Assembly: GCA_963846105.1 (NCBI GenBank)
Contig: CAWJUT010000003.1
Span: 37,752 to 101,751 of the forward strand
Source: an uncultured delta proteobacterium
Lineage (GTDB): Bacteria > Desulfobacterota > Binatia > UTPRO1
Direction of reading: 5' to 3'
Length of the DNA: 64,000 bases
In this document: in pieces, positions 60,201 through 64,000 of the stretch
How positions within the stretch are numbered: position 1 is the first letter of the stretch
Layout: each line of letters begins with the position of its first letter
Notes under the pieces: generated by a model
Seen by the model: only the letters and a program-made list of their open reading frames with translations
Told to the model about the DNA's origin: nothing
Databases searched by the model: none
Made by a program: the position numbers and the translations under genes

Positions 60201-60957
60201 GGACGCCGATGTCGACGGTGTCTGCGATCAAAACGACGTCTGCCCGACGGTGCCCGATCCTCTGCAGGCGAACGGGGACGGCGACGTGTTCGGGAGCGCC
60301 TGTGACCTGTGCCCGAGCGACACCGACAACGACAGCGACGCCGACGGCTTCTGCATCGGGACGAGCTTCAATGCCCCGGCCGTTGGATCGGGTGATCCGT
60401 GCTCGCAGACGGGAGCGGGATCCGAGTGGTTCAAGCCGACCATCAAGTTCGGCCGCCTGGGCCCCCCACTCGACGATGACCGCATGCGCATCAAGGGCCG
60501 GTTCTTCATCGGCAGTACGCTTCCCGTGATCGCGCCGGAGTTGCACGGCGTGCACATCCGGGTGACCGACTCCTTGAAGAACGTGATCGTCGACGAGCGG
60601 ATTCCCGGCGGCATCTTCTCGCGCGACACACTGATCGGCTGGCAGAAAAAGGGTGAGCTCAAGTGGATCTGGGCGGACAGGAACAAGCCGCCGACCTACA
60701 ACGGCATCACCAAGGTGGTTTTCAAGGACCAGTCGCGATTCGCGCCCGGACGCATGGCCGTGTTCGTCAAGGCCAAGGGCGGCGAGTTCCACACGGTCAC
60801 CGCGCAGACGCTTCCGGTGACGGTGTCGATCGAGCTGAACGACACCGCGCTGCCGCCGGGCGGCACGCCCGGCCGGGATCAATGTGGGGAGGTCGCGTTC
60901 GCGCCGACGAGCTGCGTCTTGTCCGGCACCAACGTCAGCTGCAAGCAGCAGCAGTGA
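54291..60957 (+). CDS. Giant secreted Cys-rich protein (about 2200 aa): 55-aa repeat stalk, 7 integrin-alpha-type FG-GAP repeats, Myxococcus-type Cys repeats, TSP3-like Ca repeats
   Basis: GGAGG RBS and signal peptide; frame hops only inside the repeat array (about 56305-57780); contiguous C-terminal half to TGA at 60957. Confidence 0.88.
54471..58500 (+). repeat. Tandem array of about 24 x 165-bp repeats
   Basis: Unit starts at 54471, 54636, 54801 ... 58264; encodes PDGTGCTDGDACTQTDTCQAGTCTGANPVVCTPLDQCHVAGVCNPADGICSNPSQ (8 Cys). Confidence 0.97.
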
Positions 60958-60964
60958 AGGCGGC

Positions 60965-60993
60965 GGGGGTCGCGCCGTGACGGCGCGACCCCC
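60965..60993. terminator. GC hairpin between convergent genes
   Basis: Perfect 13-bp stem GGGGGTCGCGCCG-TGA-CGGCGCGACCCCC. Confidence 0.65.
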
Positions 60994-61020
60994 ACGTCAT
61001 CCCGGTCGGATCGCGGAGGC

Positions 61021-62173
61021 TCAGACCGCGCGTACGCGCGACTCGTCTTGGCCCGGCGGGACCGGAACGCGCTGGTGCTGTCGGTTGGTGAGCCGCAGCA
61101 GCACCTTCATGGAGTTCTCGAACTCCTCCATCGGGCGCACCTCGAAGAGGCCCTCGGCGACCATGCGGTTGAAGAGCTCCTCGCCGCGCGCGGTGCGCAG
61201 GATCGTGATCGTCCAGTCCATCGCGCCGACGCCGCCGCACGAGATGTCGGCGAGCTCGGCGGAGAAGTCGCCGCAGTGGTGGCACTCGGGACGCGCGTAC
61301 TCCTGCGCCGCCTTGAGCTTCATCTCCACCAGCTCGCCGTCCTTCTTGTAGATCAGCACCTTGCCCTTGACGTTGAACTTCTTGATGTCGGCGAGCGGGA
61401 TGCCCATCTCGCCCTGGATCTTCTGCGACCATCAGGCCCTCGTAGGTGAAGACCTCCGTGCAGAGCAGGCCGATGGTGAGCGTCGACGCGCGCGCCGTAG
61501 CCCTTGAGGAACTTCGTCTGGCGCTCGATGTGCTTGTCCTTCTTGCGGCCGTTGTCGAGGTAGGCCGGCGTCGACGAGCTGCATCTTGCGCACCGGCGTG
61601 ATCTGGCAGGGCACGCCGACGAAGGCGACCTTCTCGAGCCCGAGCCGCTCGGCGTCGGCGAGCGCGAGGTTGTTCGGGCAGTAGGTGTACCAGGAGCCGG
61701 CGCTCGCGAGGAGCTCCTCGACGCTGGTCACCGAGCTTCGGCATCGGCTGCGCCGGCCGGTCGGGATCGGCGACCGAGACCGCGGCGCCGTCGATGATCC
61801 CCGCGCTCGAACGCCCAGCGCAGCATCGCGGTCACGACGCCGCCGTCCTGCGCAGCGCGTCGAGGACGTCGGCGATCCGTGCAGCGCGCCGCGACGATGC
61901 GGCGGTAGACGCCGAAGGCGCCCTTGTAGGGCTGATCGGCGCCGTAGAGCAGATCGGCGAGCTCGAACTCGCGCGGGTTCAGGCGCGGGCAGACCTGGGC
62001 GCAGACGTCGCAGCCGATGCCCTCGCTGATGCCGCAGATAGTCGAGCGCCGCGCGTCGCCTTGGCGACCTGCTTCGGCTTGCCGTCGATGTAGTCGATGA
62101 CGTTGTGCGGGCAGACCAGCACGCAGGAGCCGCACTCGCAGCAGCTGCCGTAGGCGACGACCTCGTTCATCAT
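61021..62173 (-). CDS. Coenzyme F420 hydrogenase/dehydrogenase beta-subunit (FrhB/FdhB) family protein (frameshifted)
   Basis: CCECGSCVLVCP and CDVCAQVCP Fe-S motifs, QDGGVVT, VGVPCQI, IGLLCTEVF, CHHCGDFSAELADISCG. Confidence 0.88.
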
Positions 62174-62238
62174 CTCCTTGAAGCTCGGGATTTGCCGGCA
62201 CGGACGCGAGCATAGGAGGCCGCTGACGACGAGTCAAA

Positions 62239-62886
62239 TCAAGCCCGGCGCCGCGCGCACCTCGCGTCAGCAGGCGGCGGAGGGTGTCGATGGTGAGGCC
62301 GTCGACGGTGCGGCGTTTCCAGTCGGCGACGACACGTTGCGCCGCCGCTCGGATCGACGGCCGCGCGTCGCATCGAGCACGACGTGGGTGCGTATGCGGC
62401 GCCGCAACAACGCGTCGACGGCTGCGGTCGACGGCGTGCTCGATGCCGGCGCCGAAGACGACCGCGTCGCGTACGCCCGCCGTCAGGTGGTCGAACACGC
62501 AGCCGGCCCGCCGCCGTCGCGTCCGGGCCGGTCACGCAGCCGCTGGCGACGTAGAACGCGTGTCGCCGGTCGAGCGCGCCGGCATCACGCGGCGATCGCG
62601 CCGCCAGGCTCGCAAAGGGCGATCGGTCGCGCCGGCGCACACCCGGGCACGCGCGCGGCTCCGATCGCGTCGACGACAGTGCGCGGGACCGGCATGTGAC
62701 CGGCCCGCTGTCCCGGGTTCGTGCCGGCAGACGACCCCACCCTGCCGTATGGACAGCTCGCCCGCGAGCGCGAAGAGATCCGCCGATCCGCCCGGCGTCC
62801 CCGTCGGTCGACGATCGGCCAGGCCCCGCCGGGCCAGAAGTCGACCTGCGCGCAGACATCGAGAAAGAGCGTCGAGCCGGGTACAT
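62239..62886 (-). CDS. Isochorismatase/nicotinamidase-fold protein (frameshifted; 3' end approximate)
   Basis: Manual translation across frames: TLFLDVCAQVDFWPGGAWP ... DAVVFGAGIEHAV..DALLRRRIRTHVVLDA. Confidence 0.55.
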   Translation of the reverse strand: MYPARRSFSMSARRSTSGPAGPGRSSTDGDAGRIGGSLRARGRAVHTAGWGRLPARTRDSGPVTCRSRALSSTRSEPRACPGVRRRDRSPFASLAARSPRDAGALDRRHAFYVASGCVTGPDATAAGRLRVRPPDGGRTRRGRLRRRHRARRRPQPSTRCCGAAYAPTSCSMRRAAVDPSGGATCRRRLETPHRRRPHHRHPPPPADARCARRRA

Positions 62887-62897
62887 GGCGGGCTTCG

Positions 62898-63807
62898 TCA
62901 ATGCGCCGGCTCGGCTGACCGCCGATTCCGCACCTCGAGCTGGATGGTCACGTGCTGGATGTCGAAACGCTCGGCCAGGCGCTCGGTCATCTCGGCGAGC
63001 ACGTGGTCGCTCGGCGCCCCGTCCTCGACGACGGCGTGCGCCGAGAGCGCATAGCGGCCGGTCGTCAGGCTCCAGACGTGCAGGTCGTGCACCTCGAGCG
63101 CCCCGGGGACCTCCTCGAGCGTGCGCCGCAGGGCGTCGAGGTCGATGTGGCGCGGCACGGCCTCCATCAGCACGTCGACCGCCTCGCGAATCAGCGCCAG
63201 CGAGCTGAACAGGATCAGCGCCGCGATGAGCGACGCTCGCCAGCGCGTCGGCGGCGTCCAGCCGGTCACCAGGATGACGACGCCCGACACCAGGACGCCG
63301 ACCGAGCCGAGCAGATCGGAGAGCGACGTGCAGCAGCGCGCCGCGCACGCTGAGGTTGTGGCTCGCGGCGCCCGAGAGCAGGCGTGCCGCCACGACGTTG
63401 ATCGACGAGCCCGACCGCGGCGATCACGAGCACGCCCTCGGCCGTGCACCGCCGGCGGCGTCAGCAGGCGCTGCCAGGCCTCCCAGAGAATGACGCACGA
63501 CCACCAGCCAGAGCACGACGCCGTTCACCAGCGCGGCCAGGATCTCGGCGCGGTAGTAGCCGTAGGTCTTGCTGCTCGCTCGCCGGACGCGCGGCGATCC
63601 AGACGCCGAAGAGCGCGAGTCCGAGCGCGATCACGTCGGTGAACATGTGAGCCGCGTCGCTCACGCAGCGCCAGGCTGTTGGTGAGCCAGCCCGCCGACG
63701 AGCTCGAGGCCGCTGTAGGCGGCGGTCAGCACCAGCGCGTTTCGCAGCGCCCGCCGAGCGGCGGAGTCTCCCGTGCGAGCGTGGCGCGCGGCGTCGCTGG
63801 CGTGCAT
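62898..63807 (-). CDS. Cation diffusion facilitator (CzcD/ZitB-like; frameshifted)
   Basis: SDAAHMFTDV, TYGYYRAEILAALVN, NLSVRGALLHV.SDLLGSVG, VHDLHVWSL, HVTIQLE. Confidence 0.9.
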
Positions 63808-63901
63808 GCCGTGAGCCTACTGGAAGCGGCCGGCCACGCTCAACACCGTCGCGCCGCGTGCGGCACGCGGAAGAACCGGCGGCGATGGCTGGCCGCGTCA
63901 C

Positions 63902-64000
63902 TCAGCCGTCGTAGCGGAGGAGCGAGAAGACCTCCGGCGCGTCGAGCCGACGTCGTCCGTCGAGGAACGCGAGCTCGATGATGAACGCGCACGCCGCGAC
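63902..64000 (-). CDS. apt: Adenine phosphoribosyltransferase, C-terminal end
   Basis: Manual translation VAACAFIIELAFLDGRRRLDAPEVFSLLRYDG-stop. Confidence 0.8.
   Translation of the reverse strand, partial: VAACAFIIELAFLDGRRRLDAPEVFSLLRYDG

Noticed and set aside
54205-60882. Very long antisense and alternate-frame ORFs (2225, 1346 and 1106 aa)
   Set aside because: Shadows of the GC-rich repeat gene; they lack stops because of codon bias and repetition.

Overview
High-GC bacterial chromosomal segment, probably from a long-read metagenome assembly. Protein style suggests a Candidatus Binatia/deltaproteobacteria-like lineage, but this is inference only. Many genes carry indel frameshifts, concentrated at 6.8-9.6 kb and 61.4-63.8 kb, that look like sequencing error. 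The window appears to span the replication terminus: a XerC/XerD dif-like site lies at 24468-24495, the GGGNAGGG (KOPS) octamers found by eye switch strand across it, and flanking genes converge on it. About 21 kb from dif lies a complete dnaA with a DnaA-box pair but no dnaN/recF/gyrB, possibly a terminus-located paralog. Left arm: DUF3300/DUF2950 pair, TetR with an AlkB-like/TMEM229-like/CarS-like/GNAT-GFA cluster, dnaE, hflX, a Dpp-type ABC transporter, MoxR/VWA and a P450. Right arm: dgt, a DEAD-box helicase, a mosaic secreted beta-helix protein, an integrase-less islet at tRNA-Arg(CCT) holding two IS3 elements, several sigma54-type promoters, and three large secreted FG-GAP/Cys-rich proteins, one with about 24 tandem 165-bp repeats.
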